The notes beneath the pieces are model-generated. The model was not told where the DNA came from, ran no database searches, and was given only the letters and a program-made list of their open reading frames with translations. The translations under genes and the position numbers were made by a program. DNA of 32,000 nt from assembly GCF_049243625.1 (NCBI RefSeq), contig NZ_CP046975.1, one strand, 5' to 3'. Numbering within the stretch: the first letter of the stretch is position 1; every line of letters starts with the position of its first letter. Shown here piece after piece: positions 1-9,172 of this stretch. The DNA comes from Corynebacterium amycolatum. GTDB taxonomy: Bacteria > Actinomycetota > Actinomycetes > Mycobacteriales > Mycobacteriaceae.

Positions 1-42
1 ATCGACGCCAGTACGCTGCACAAGATGTCCGTCGTGGGTTAG
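1..42 (+). CDS. 3' end of an upstream ORF (13 codons + TAG); FeoA is the guess, from position only
   Basis: Frame 1 reads IDASTLHKMSVVG* and ends at 40-42, 44 nt before the feoB ATG. It is too short to identify by sequence; the call rests on the usual feoA-feoB order. Confidence 0.25.
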   Translation: MDASTLHKMSVVG

Positions 43-86
43 GTCCCCTACAACTCTTTTTCTCACCTCCCTCCTGAAAGTTAACA

Positions 87-2072
87 ATGACAACACCTAC
101 GGATTCCTCAACGCGAAAATTCGCATCCACGCCCAGCTGCCATGCATGCAGCGGCGGAGCACCAGCAAAGGATGGTGCACCTGTTGTCGCAGTCGTAGGC
201 GCACCGAACTCCGGTAAGTCAACACTGTTCAATAGTTTGACTGGCGCGAAAGCGCAGATGGGCAATTGGCCTGGTACGACCGTGGAGGTCAGCCGTGGCG
301 CGTGGAAGACCGATGCCGCTGAGTACGATGTCATCGACTTCCCGGGCGCCTACTCGTTGGATGCCATGAGCCCGGACGAAGAGCTCACTCGCGAGATGCT
401 CATCGAGAAACCGGAAGAAGAACGCCCGGATCTCGTCGTCGTTGTTGTCGATGCCACGGCACTGGGGCGTGGCCTCTACATGGCCGCGGAATTGGCGGAG
501 CAGCCTCAGCGCATCGTTCTGGCGCTGACCAAACTCGATGTGGCCAAGGCCAAGGGCATCGATGTGAATCCGAACGCATTGCAGTCAGCTATGGGGATGC
601 CAGTGGTGGCGCTGGATCCCCGTCGTAAAGCGGGAATGGCACGATTGGCCGACGCGGTAGCAGCGGCTCTGGACGGATGCAGTTCGGTGTCGTCACCGAT
701 TCGCCAGGCCGATGGTGAATCGATTGAACGCCTGGACGACGCACGCTTTGCCGCGATTGATGCGGCGGTTGCGGCATCTACGGGCGGGGTAGAAGATCGC
801 CAGACTTTCTCCGACCGTATTGATAACGTGGTTCTCCATCCGGTGCTCGGACCGATTGTGTTCCTGGCAGTTATGTGGACAGTCTTCCAGATCACGACGA
901 CGGTTGCAGCACCGTTGCAGGACGGTTTGGAAACCCTTATTACCGGTAATTTCGCAGATCTGGTTACCCGTGGATTGGAAGCAATGGGATGGGACCATCC
1001 GATTGTCACGGGGCTGCTTGTGAACGGCATCATCGGCGGTGTCGGCATGGTGCTGACCTTCGTTCCTCTGATGGCACTCATGTTCCTGTGCCTTGCGGTG
1101 CTCGAGGATTCAGGGTATATGGCGCGTGCAGCCGTGGTGGCCGATCGTGTCATGCGAGCAATTGGTCTTCCGGGGAAGGCATTTATTCCGCTCATCGTCG
1201 GCTTTGGTTGTAACGTGCCAGCGATTTCGGCGACACGTGTGCTGAGTAATCCGCGCCACCGCATATTGACGGCACTACTGGTTCCGTTTACCTCCTGCTC
1301 GGCGCGCCTAACCGTTTATGTCATGTTGGGTGCGGTGTTCTTCCCGGAACACGCGGGCACAGTTGTCTTCGCTATGTACGTGATCTCGATTCTGTTGATC
1401 GTTCTGACCGGCCTTGCACTGCGTAATACCTTGTGGCGCACCATGCCGTCGGAACCGCTGGTCATTGATCTGCCAACCTATCAGTTACCGACCGCACGAC
1501 TGGCACTATCTGTGATGTGGATGCGCCTGAAGGGCTTCCTGCAGACCGCTAGTGGAATCATCGTCAGCACTGTCATCGTCGTTTGGCTACTGATGTCTAT
1601 CCCGGTTGTCTCCGGGCACTCCTTTGCCGATGAAGATCTGGCACCGCAGGACTCCGCATACGGTGCAGTCAGCGCAACTATTGCTCCTGTGTTTAACCCG
1701 GCAGGTTTCGGCACATGGTCCCTGACAGGTCCGTTGGTGACGGGCTTTGTGGCCAAGGAAGCCGTCATTTCTACCTGGGCACAGACCTATGCAGTAGAGG
1801 ACGTCACCGACTCGGATTCGACCGAACAGGCCTCCAGTCCACTCGCGGACAATATTCGACGTGATTTTGACAATGCATCCGATGGACACGGATTGGCAGC
1901 AGTCTGGGCATACATGATCTTCCTGCTGGCTTACACACCATGCGTGGCTACGCTCGCGGCACAACGTCGCGAGATCGGCTGGAAGTGGACGGGCTTCGGT
2001 TTGCTAGCGCAGCTGGTCGTAGCATGGGCACTGGCCGTGATTGTTTTTCAAGGGTTGAAACTGTTCCTGTAA
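87..2072 (+). CDS. feoB: Ferrous iron transporter FeoB
   Basis: 661 aa. N-terminal G domain with P-loop GAPNSGKST, DFPG (G3) and TKLD (G4), followed by a large polytopic membrane domain. ATG 87 is the only in-frame start upstream of the P-loop. Confidence 0.95.
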   Translation: MTTPTDSSTRKFASTPSCHACSGGAPAKDGAPVVAVVGAPNSGKSTLFNSLTGAKAQMGNWPGTTVEVSRGAWKTDAAEYDVIDFPGAYSLDAMSPDEELTREMLIEKPEEERPDLVVVVVDATALGRGLYMAAELAEQPQRIVLALTKLDVAKAKGIDVNPNALQSAMGMPVVALDPRRKAGMARLADAVAAALDGCSSVSSPIRQADGESIERLDDARFAAIDAAVAASTGGVEDRQTFSDRIDNVVLHPVLGPIVFLAVMWTVFQITTTVAAPLQDGLETLITGNFADLVTRGLEAMGWDHPIVTGLLVNGIIGGVGMVLTFVPLMALMFLCLAVLEDSGYMARAAVVADRVMRAIGLPGKAFIPLIVGFGCNVPAISATRVLSNPRHRILTALLVPFTSCSARLTVYVMLGAVFFPEHAGTVVFAMYVISILLIVLTGLALRNTLWRTMPSEPLVIDLPTYQLPTARLALSVMWMRLKGFLQTASGIIVSTVIVVWLLMSIPVVSGHSFADEDLAPQDSAYGAVSATIAPVFNPAGFGTWSLTGPLVTGFVAKEAVISTWAQTYAVEDVTDSDSTEQASSPLADNIRRDFDNASDGHGLAAVWAYMIFLLAYTPCVATLAAQRREIGWKWTGFGLLAQLVVAWALAVIVFQGLKLFL

Positions 2073-2087
2073 AGCCTCGTAGATTCC

Positions 2088-2110
2088 TAGTAGCTTCGGC
2101 CAAGCTACTA
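2088..2110 (+). terminator. Hairpin after feoB (TAGTAGCTT-CGGCC-AAGCTACTA) with no T-tract; weak terminator or RNA stabiliser
   Basis: Perfect 9-bp stem with a 5-nt loop, 16 nt after the feoB stop. The following sequence is not T-rich. Confidence 0.3.
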
Positions 2111-2174
2111 AGTCACACTTGCGAACTAGAAATCAGGTCCAACAAGAATCCCGATACGGAAAGGAGCTATCGCC

Positions 2175-2492
2175 GTGGGACTCTTTAGAGCCAAGAAGAA
2201 TACGACGGTCACTCGTCGGCCTTCAGAAGCTGTCCAAGATGCAATTGCGCAGGGTATTAGCTCCCGACGCAAAATCTGCGAAATCACCGGCCTGCAGCGA
2301 ACAACGGTAGACCTCATCCTTGACCGAATGGAATACACCGGACAACTGCGAAGGGAATCCCTCGGCGGCATGTGCCCAGGCGGAGGCTGCTCCAACTGCG
2401 GAATGTCCGACAGTGGTACGTGTGCTGGCGGTAGTTCTAATAGTGGTCCGGTCGCACTGGTTCTGACTCGCAGGCCACCTTCTGCAGCCTAA
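2175..2492 (+). CDS. FeoC-like small winged-helix protein with a C-terminal Cys cluster
   Basis: GTG 2175 is preceded by AAGGAG (2161-2166). 105 aa. An HTH-like segment (SRRKICEITGLQRTTVDLILDRMEYTGQL) is followed by CPGGGCSNCGMSDSGTC, i.e. C-x4-C-x2-C-x7-C. E. coli FeoC has C-x4-C-x2-C-x5-C in the same relative position. The gene lies directly downstream of feoB. Confidence 0.6.
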   Translation: MGLFRAKKNTTVTRRPSEAVQDAIAQGISSRRKICEITGLQRTTVDLILDRMEYTGQLRRESLGGMCPGGGCSNCGMSDSGTCAGGSSNSGPVALVLTRRPPSAA

Positions 2493-2512
2493 GTCTTGAG
2501 CTTCGGCTCGGT

Positions 2513-2540
2513 ATTCTCCGCGCACAATGCGGAGAATTTG
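2513..2540 (+). terminator. Intrinsic terminator after the feoC-like gene
   Basis: ATTCTCCGC-gcacaat-GCGGAGAAT, a perfect 9-bp stem, followed by TTTGGCTTGT. It starts 21 nt after the stop at 2492. Confidence 0.6.
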
Positions 2541-2567
2541 GCTTGTCATGCGACAATAGCAGCTAGT

Positions 2568-4121
2568 ATGACGAATTTTTCCAACAACTTTGATGAGGTC
2601 AGCGACGCAATGTCGCAGCAAGCCAGCACCTCGCACGAGATGGACGATTTTTTCATCGACGCTAATGATGCTGACAAAAACGCCGATAGTGCCTCCGGGG
2701 ATGCGTTCGCGACGAACGTCGGCACGCAAAGGGAACCTACCGTCGGTGACTTGGATCTGGAGGCGCGATCCTCTCTGCGCCGGCTGACCAGGTCAGTAGC
2801 GCATACTGAGTCTGAAGAGGTGATGGTCGAGTACCGTCAGCTCCGACTGGAACGCGTTGTGCTGCTCGGTGTCTGGACATCCGGGACCCTACAGGAAGCC
2901 GAAGTGGCGATGGAGGAGCTCGCTGCGCTGGCGGAGACTGCAGGTTCGGAAGTTCTAGAGATGGTGCTGCAGCGCCGCGATAAGCCAGACCCTGGTACTT
3001 ACGTGGGATCCGGCAAGCTTAACGAGCTTCGCGATATTGTCGCCTCTACCGGCGCAGATACAGTTATTTGCGACGGTGAGCTGTCTCCTGGCCAATTGGT
3101 GGCGCTGGAGGACCGGCTTGACGCCAAGGTTATTGACCGCACCATGCTGATTCTGGACATCTTCGCTCAGCACGCGAAGTCCAAGGAGGGCAAGGCGCAG
3201 GTTTCGCTGGCACAGATGCAGTACCTCTACACGCGTCTGCGCGGTTGGGGTGGCAACCTGTCGCGTCAGGCTGGTGGTCGCGCGGGCTCCAACGGCGGCG
3301 TGGGTCTGCGTGGTCCAGGTGAAACTAAGATCGAAACCGATCGTCAGCGACTACGCCAAGATATGGCGCGGATTCGCAAGGAATTGGCTGGTATGAAAAC
3401 TGCGCGTGAGATTAAGCGCGCACGTCGTAAGGCTGGTCACCTGCCGCGCGTGGCAATTGTCGGCTACACCAACGCGGGGAAGTCTTCGTTGCTCAACGCA
3501 CTGACAGGCGCTGGTGTGCTGGTGGAGGACGCGCTGTTTGCAACGCTAGATCCGACGACTCGTCGCACCAAGCTTCGCGACGGTCGCACGGTGATTATGA
3601 CCGATACGGTCGGATTTGTGCGTCACTTGCCGACGCAGCTCATTGAAGCTTTTCGCTCGACCTTGGAAGAGGTACTCGAAGCCGACGTCATCATGCACGT
3701 CGTAGACTCCTCTGACCCATTCCCGCTGGAGCAGATTAAGGCTGTCAACAAAGTCATCAACGAAATCGCGGAGGAAGAAAACGCCGAGATTCCGCCCGAA
3801 CTGTTGGTAGTCAACAAGGTTGACAAGGCCGATGGCATCACTCTGGCCCAGCTACGCCACCAGCTCGATGATGCGGTCTTTGTCTCTGCGCGAACGGGTG
3901 AGGGGATTGGTGAACTGGAGACCCGACTCGAGCTTGCTCTCAATGAGCTGGAGTCTCACGTTCACATGTTGATCCCCTATGACAAGGGCAATATTGTCTC
4001 CATGCTCCACGAAGATGCGACCGTGCTGTCGGAAACATGGACGGAGCAAGGCACCCAGATGGACGTGCGTTTGCCCACTAGCCTCGCGGATGAACTGTCG
4101 GCATACCACATCGAACCGTAG
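2568..4121 (+). CDS. hflX: GTPase HflX with an acidic N-terminal extension
   Basis: HflX N-domain (IDRTMLILDIFAQHA, GPGETKIETDRQ) and G domain (GYTNAGKSS, DTVGF, NKVD). The start is set at ATG 2568 because the longer TTG 2496 ORF would contain the 2513-2537 terminator hairpin. No clear SD is present, so the start is uncertain. Confidence 0.9.
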   Translation: MTNFSNNFDEVSDAMSQQASTSHEMDDFFIDANDADKNADSASGDAFATNVGTQREPTVGDLDLEARSSLRRLTRSVAHTESEEVMVEYRQLRLERVVLLGVWTSGTLQEAEVAMEELAALAETAGSEVLEMVLQRRDKPDPGTYVGSGKLNELRDIVASTGADTVICDGELSPGQLVALEDRLDAKVIDRTMLILDIFAQHAKSKEGKAQVSLAQMQYLYTRLRGWGGNLSRQAGGRAGSNGGVGLRGPGETKIETDRQRLRQDMARIRKELAGMKTAREIKRARRKAGHLPRVAIVGYTNAGKSSLLNALTGAGVLVEDALFATLDPTTRRTKLRDGRTVIMTDTVGFVRHLPTQLIEAFRSTLEEVLEADVIMHVVDSSDPFPLEQIKAVNKVINEIAEEENAEIPPELLVVNKVDKADGITLAQLRHQLDDAVFVSARTGEGIGELETRLELALNELESHVHMLIPYDKGNIVSMLHEDATVLSETWTEQGTQMDVRLPTSLADELSAYHIEP

Positions 4122-4157
4122 CGGGAACTGCGGTGGGCATCCACTAGCATTACAACC

Positions 4158-5501
4158 ATGAATTCTACTTCTGACGCGGAGACCCAACAGGGAACCTCCG
4201 CAAATCCGCCTGCTGAAAATGCCGAACGTGGCCGTCTTTTCGGTTGGGATATTCACGGTGACGGTCGAAAGATTGCACCGGGAGCCGTGGTGGCTCCCAA
4301 CGAACGCCTCGATTGGCCTCGCACGATTGGCATTGGCGCACAGCACGTCATTGCCATGTTCGGTGCAACTCTTCTGGTGCCGCTGTTGACCGGCTTTCCA
4401 GTCAACACCACACTGCTGTTCTCGGGTATCGGCACGATTGTCTTCCTGCTGATAACCCGAAATCGCTTGCCCTCTTACCTGGGCTCGTCGTTTGCCTTCA
4501 TCGCGCCACTGACCGCGACACAGGCGCAGGGCATTAGTGTTCAGCTCGGTGTCGTGCTCTGCGCCGGCATCGCGCTCATGCTCGTTGGCTTCGTAGTAAA
4601 GTTCGCCGGCAAGCGTGTCCTCGATGCAGTGATGCCACCTGCAGTAACAGGAAGCATCGTCGCTCTCATCGGACTTAACCTGGCGCCTGCTGCCACGGAG
4701 AACTTCGCCACTCAGCCGTTGGTCGCATTTGTCACGATGGTATCCATTGTCTTTGCAACCGTCGCTGGCCGCGGTATGGTCAGCCGTCTGGGTGTTCTCA
4801 TCGGCGTACTAATCGGCTGGGTCTTCGCCGCTGCCACCGGAAATCTCTCGCCCGAGGCTACAGAAACCGTCGGCAATGCCGCCTGGATTGGTCTGCCCGC
4901 ATTCCACGCGCCGGAGTTCCACTTCAATGCGATGCTGATTGGTCTGCCCGTCATCGTAGTGCTCATCGCCGAGAATGTCGGTCACGTCAAGGCTGTTGCT
5001 GCCATGACCGGCCGAAACCTCGATGACATCGCTGGCGATGCTCTTATTGCAGACGGTCTAGCCACCACCATCGCCGGTTCAGCTGGTGGTTCTGGTACCA
5101 CTACCTACGCTGAGAATATCGGGGTTATGGCCGCTACCCGTGTCTATTCGACTGCCGCTTACTGGGTGGCAGCTTTCACGGCCATTGCACTGGCTTTCAT
5201 TCCAAAGTTCGGCGCACTCATTTTGACCATTCCTACCGGCGTGCTCGGTGGGGCAACGATGGTGCTCTACGGCCTGATTGGTCTGCTCGGTGTGCGCATC
5301 TGGATGGACGAAAAGGTCGACTTCAACAACCCGGTCAATCTCACCGCTGCCGCCACCGCGCTGATTGCGGGTATCGGCAACCTCACCCTCGACATCGGTT
5401 CGCTGACGCTGGAGGGCATTGCTTGGGGTTCGGTCGGCATTATTATCGGCTATCCAATTTTAAACTGGCTCTATAACCGCATCGGCGAGAACCGCTCGTA
5501 G
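4158..5501 (+). CDS. NCS2-family nucleobase (uracil/xanthine-type) permease
   Basis: 447 aa, about 12 hydrophobic segments. NCS2-like motifs GAQHVIAMFGATLLVPLLTG and YAENIGVMAATRV. Confidence 0.88.
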   Translation: MNSTSDAETQQGTSANPPAENAERGRLFGWDIHGDGRKIAPGAVVAPNERLDWPRTIGIGAQHVIAMFGATLLVPLLTGFPVNTTLLFSGIGTIVFLLITRNRLPSYLGSSFAFIAPLTATQAQGISVQLGVVLCAGIALMLVGFVVKFAGKRVLDAVMPPAVTGSIVALIGLNLAPAATENFATQPLVAFVTMVSIVFATVAGRGMVSRLGVLIGVLIGWVFAAATGNLSPEATETVGNAAWIGLPAFHAPEFHFNAMLIGLPVIVVLIAENVGHVKAVAAMTGRNLDDIAGDALIADGLATTIAGSAGGSGTTTYAENIGVMAATRVYSTAAYWVAAFTAIALAFIPKFGALILTIPTGVLGGATMVLYGLIGLLGVRIWMDEKVDFNNPVNLTAAATALIAGIGNLTLDIGSLTLEGIAWGSVGIIIGYPILNWLYNRIGENRS

Positions 5502-5531
5502 GCCACCCGTCCAGAGCAGGATCTTGTACGA

Positions 5532-5585
5532 ATGCTTTACGACGGAACCCCGTGACCGTTGCCACGATGTTCCGTCGTTAAGCAT
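5532..5585. terminator. Long bidirectional hairpin between the convergent permease and ptsH genes
   Basis: Arms ATGCTTTACGACGGAAC (5532-5548) and GTTCCGTCGTTAAGCAT (5569-5585) with one mismatch. The 20-nt loop contains its own CGTG/CACG mini-stem. Confidence 0.6.
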
Positions 5586-5592
5586 ATTGCTT

Positions 5593-5865
5593 TTAATCGC
5601 TCAAATCTTGGGCGATCAGCTGTGCAATCTGCTCCACCGCAACCGCGTTTGTACTGGTGATTGTGACTTCATCGCCATATCCTGCGCCGAGTGCCATCAG
5701 CATCAACGTTGAGGAAGCATCAGCCGGTTCGTTGTCGGGTTCGGGTGAATCAATGAGTTCGATCAGTATTTCTTCCTGAAATCGGGAGGCACGCTCAGCG
5801 ATTACCGACGCGGGGCGGGCGTGAATACCCACCTTGGAGCCGACGTGGACGTGTTGCGTAGCCAT
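5593..5865 (-). CDS. ptsH: Phosphocarrier protein HPr
   Basis: From ATG 5865 the protein is MATQHVHVGSKVGIHARPAS..., with the active His at position 15 in the GIHARPA context. 90 aa. The 14-codon upstream extension in the ORF track (MSRKSRSRKARCRP) is implausible. Confidence 0.92.
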   Translation of the reverse strand: MATQHVHVGSKVGIHARPASVIAERASRFQEEILIELIDSPEPDNEPADASSTLMLMALGAGYGDEVTITSTNAVAVEQIAQLIAQDLSD

Positions 5866-6005
5866 GGGGCGGCACCTTGCCTTTCTGCTTCTCGATTTCC
5901 TCGACACCTGTTCAGAGCTTAATCGCTTGGCAGGTTGGGATGGGGCATGTTTGGTGAAGTTTGCAGGAATGCTTCTGCGGACGCAGCTGGGTTTAGCGAA
6001 AGAAT

Positions 6006-8165
6006 TTAGGCGTCCGCTGAAATGTCTGCTTCTAGGTTTTGATTATCGGTACTGACTTGCCGCGGACACAGGCTTTTAGCTGCCACAACGAGAATTGCTG
6101 CCACTATGCTGCCCAAGACGATTGCAGCAAGCCATGCGACAGGATTGTCGATTGCAAACAGCACGAAAATACCTCCGTGTGGAACGCGTGTGGCGGCTCC
6201 TAAAACCATTGAAGTGCCACCGGTGACGGCACCGCCAATCACAATCGACGGAATCACTCGCAGCGGATCTGCGGCGGCGAAGGGAATCACTCCCTCTGAA
6301 ATGAAGGCCGCACCGAGCACCCAGCCCGCTTTGCCGTTTTGACGCTCAGCTGAACTGAACAGCTTTGGTCGGAGTACAACTGCCAGCGATGTCGCCAACG
6401 GAGGTACCATGCCCGCCGCCATCACAGCGGCCATAATCTTCCATGATGCTGGATCTTCCGAGGCGATGTTTGCGACGGCAAAAAGATAAGCAGCCTTGTT
6501 GATCATTCCGCCCATATCTACGCACATCATTGCGCCGAGAAGACCACCGAACAGGAACGCCGCTGTCGTATCCAGTGATTGCAGCCACTGCTGCAGGGCC
6601 GTCATCAGCCATGCCAGCGGCATCCCGAGAAGCAGGTACATGGTGAGCCCAACGGCCATAGCCCCGAGCATAGGAATCACGACAACCGGCATCAGCGGTC
6701 GCAGCCAGTCCGGGACCTTCATCCTCAACAGTAGGGCTACAACTAGTCCCGCCAGAATGCCTGTCACCAGGCCCCCAAGGAAGCCGGCGCCAACCGTGAC
6801 CGCGATGGCACCGCCAATGAAGCCGGGTGCAATACCGGCTCTGCCAGCCATGCCAAAGGCGATATAAGCACTCATTACAGCCACAATGACCTGCATGCCG
6901 TGGTTACCGATTGCAAAAAGCGTCGAGCCGAGATACAGCCACAGCCCACTACGGTCAACTAGCACGGTGCCGAGATTTTCTGTCGGCACAGTAATCGGAG
7001 CATCGAGTCCGATAACCTCCGGCAGCCGCAAATCCCTAGTCACGGCGTCAGCTACTAGACCAACCTGATGACCGCCGACGAGGAATCCCAGCGCAATCAA
7101 CAACCCCGAAGCGGCTACGAACGGCACCATATAGCTGACACCGGTCATAATGGCGTCACGAACCCAGTGTCCGAAGGCTTTATCGCCGCTTAACGACGAT
7201 TTACGCGCCCCCACCTTCGTAGTTGCTCGTACCCTCTCAGATGTAGGGCCTGCACCTGCATTACCGGTTTGCGAAGCGGCCTCTTTGTCGTGGTCATTCT
7301 TAGGTTGCGGCGCCTTTCGGTCGTAGGCGCGAACACGTGATTGTTCTGCTACCGCCTTCGCTTGTTCAATAACCGCAGTGGGCTCATTGACTGCCTTACG
7401 AATTGGCACTTTGACCTGTGGTTTATCGCTGAAGCGCTTAAGCCCCGTAACTCCAATATCGGCTGCGATTACTAGCACGTCGGCCCGGTCAATTGCTTCT
7501 GCGGGGGCTTCCTGGGTTCCTGCCGAGCCCTGAGTCTCTACAGTTAGCGTGACATCAGCCATGCTTTCTGCCGCGCCAGTAAGCGCTTCGGCTGCCAAAT
7601 AAGTGTGAGCGATGCCCGTGGGGCAGGCCGTAATGGCGACAATATTGGTCTTCGCCGGAGGTTTTTTCGCTTTCCGACGAGGCGCCTTGGTGATGTGCTC
7701 GCTAATAATCCGGGCGGCCTCTTCATCGCTTTCAGCACCGCGAAGAGCTGCTCGAAACCCCTTATCGCGAAGTGCTTTTGCGAGTGCAGCCAGAATATCG
7801 ACGTGGACATCGCTGTTGCTGGCTGGGACACCAATGAAAAAAAGCAGGTCCGCCGGCCCATCTGGTGTGGTGAATTCCGTAGCGCTTGTTAAGCGGACAA
7901 ACATCAGGGTCGGCGTCGACCAGTCCTCATGGCGGCAGTGGGGGATGGCTATTCCGCCCGGCAGACCTGTCGGGGCCTTCTCTTCGCGTTTGAGGGCTGC
8001 CGCGACGATGCCGTTGCTGTCGGTGGCGCGGCCGGTCTCTACGGCTTTAGCGATGAGGTAGTTAAGGATCTTCTCCTTTTGTGGACCGACATCTAGGTCA
8101 AGGTACACTGTCGACTCATCGGCCAGGTCTGATGCAATAGCGGAAGAATCTGCCGAAGAAGACAT
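6006..8165 (-). CDS. fruA: PTS fructose-specific EIIABC
   Basis: 719 aa. N-terminal EIIA type-2 domain (GGIAIPHCR), EIIB (VAITACPTGIAHTYLAAEAL) and a C-terminal polytopic EIIC. A charged linker of roughly 60 aa lies between IIB and IIC. Confidence 0.92.
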   Translation of the reverse strand: MSSSADSSAIASDLADESTVYLDLDVGPQKEKILNYLIAKAVETGRATDSNGIVAAALKREEKAPTGLPGGIAIPHCRHEDWSTPTLMFVRLTSATEFTTPDGPADLLFFIGVPASNSDVHVDILAALAKALRDKGFRAALRGAESDEEAARIISEHITKAPRRKAKKPPAKTNIVAITACPTGIAHTYLAAEALTGAAESMADVTLTVETQGSAGTQEAPAEAIDRADVLVIAADIGVTGLKRFSDKPQVKVPIRKAVNEPTAVIEQAKAVAEQSRVRAYDRKAPQPKNDHDKEAASQTGNAGAGPTSERVRATTKVGARKSSLSGDKAFGHWVRDAIMTGVSYMVPFVAASGLLIALGFLVGGHQVGLVADAVTRDLRLPEVIGLDAPITVPTENLGTVLVDRSGLWLYLGSTLFAIGNHGMQVIVAVMSAYIAFGMAGRAGIAPGFIGGAIAVTVGAGFLGGLVTGILAGLVVALLLRMKVPDWLRPLMPVVVIPMLGAMAVGLTMYLLLGMPLAWLMTALQQWLQSLDTTAAFLFGGLLGAMMCVDMGGMINKAAYLFAVANIASEDPASWKIMAAVMAAGMVPPLATSLAVVLRPKLFSSAERQNGKAGWVLGAAFISEGVIPFAAADPLRVIPSIVIGGAVTGGTSMVLGAATRVPHGGIFVLFAIDNPVAWLAAIVLGSIVAAILVVAAKSLCPRQVSTDNQNLEADISADA

Positions 8166-8200
8166 GGTTTTCTAATGTTCCTTATCTAGGCATCGAAAAG

Positions 8201-9172
8201 CTAAGCGTCGAGCTGCCATAACCGGCCAGCCTCGGGGCGAACCTGTTCTGGATAGGGGATGGTCGTACCGGGAAGACTGGTTGCCGCCGCCCCATAAGCC
8301 ACGGCGGTGGTTAGTGAATCTTGGTGACTATCACCGCGTTCGCGGGACATAACGTAGCCGGCCAAAGCACAGTCTCCAGCACCGACCGTGGACTGAGCGA
8401 CTATCGAGGGTGAGGTAGCAGCGAAACAACCGCCTGACTTCACTGAAAGTACCGCCCCTGCCTCGCCGAGAGTGGCAAGGACTTCGGAAACACCAAGTTC
8501 GTTCAGTGCACGAGCAGCTTGCGCTACGGGAAGATAGTTCCCTTCGGCTGCAGCGGCCTCAAGTTCTTCGCCGTCCTGATCAATGATTTGGCCAAGTTCG
8601 TAGGCGTTTGGCTTCATCAAAAAAGGCCGCACCTTCGGAAATGCGCGAACGACCTCAGTCAGTGGGCCGTCGCTAGTGTCCATAGCAACACGAATATTCG
8701 GGTTGACCGAATACACCGCTTCGGTGCATTGAACGTAAAAATCCCGGGGGACGCCAGGGGGCAGTGAACCTGCGAAAACTACCCACGTGGCGCGTTTAGC
8801 ATGGTGGATAAGCTTCTCCAGGACACGTCTACGGTGCGCTTTTGTCAATGTCATGCCAGGGGAATTGAGCTTGGTGGTCGTCCCATCTGGCTCTGCGAGT
8901 GTGAGATTAACGCGGGCTTCGTTAGTCGTGTTGATGGCTTCGTGGGGGATGCCAGAGACTTCCAACAGACGTGTGAATTTTCCGGAGTCTGATGCCGGGT
9001 AGAGCGCGAGCGTCTTTTCTCCCGCGTAGTGCAACGCCTTGGACACATTAATTCCCTTGCCGCCAGCCATGTCCTCAGCCATTGGTAGGCGGAACACTCC
9101 ACCTCGCTTGAGCTCCGTATCGAGGCGAGCAAGTCGATCGATTGACGGATTTACAGTCAAGGTCAGGATCAT
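8201..9172 (-). CDS. pfkB: 1-phosphofructokinase (PfkB family)
   Basis: MILTLTVNPSIDR, GGKGINVS and a C-terminal GAGDCALAG motif. 4-bp start/stop overlap with fruR. Lies within the fructose PTS operon. Confidence 0.9.
   Translation of the reverse strand: MILTLTVNPSIDRLARLDTELKRGGVFRLPMAEDMAGGKGINVSKALHYAGEKTLALYPASDSGKFTRLLEVSGIPHEAINTTNEARVNLTLAEPDGTTTKLNSPGMTLTKAHRRRVLEKLIHHAKRATWVVFAGSLPPGVPRDFYVQCTEAVYSVNPNIRVAMDTSDGPLTEVVRAFPKVRPFLMKPNAYELGQIIDQDGEELEAAAAEGNYLPVAQAARALNELGVSEVLATLGEAGAVLSVKSGGCFAATSPSIVAQSTVGAGDCALAGYVMSRERGDSHQDSLTTAVAYGAAATSLPGTTIPYPEQVRPEAGRLWQLDA

Noticed and set aside
36-56. A TTAGG-containing sequence between the feoA-like stop and the feoB start, considered as a possible DtxR box
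   Set aside because: Only about 10 of 19 positions match the consensus. It is also in the wrong place: an iron box would be expected upstream of feoA, outside the window.
506-1264. A 252-aa ORF antisense to feoB
   Set aside because: It is nested antisense in feoB and has Arg/Ser/Thr/Ala-rich low-complexity content typical of non-coding frames.
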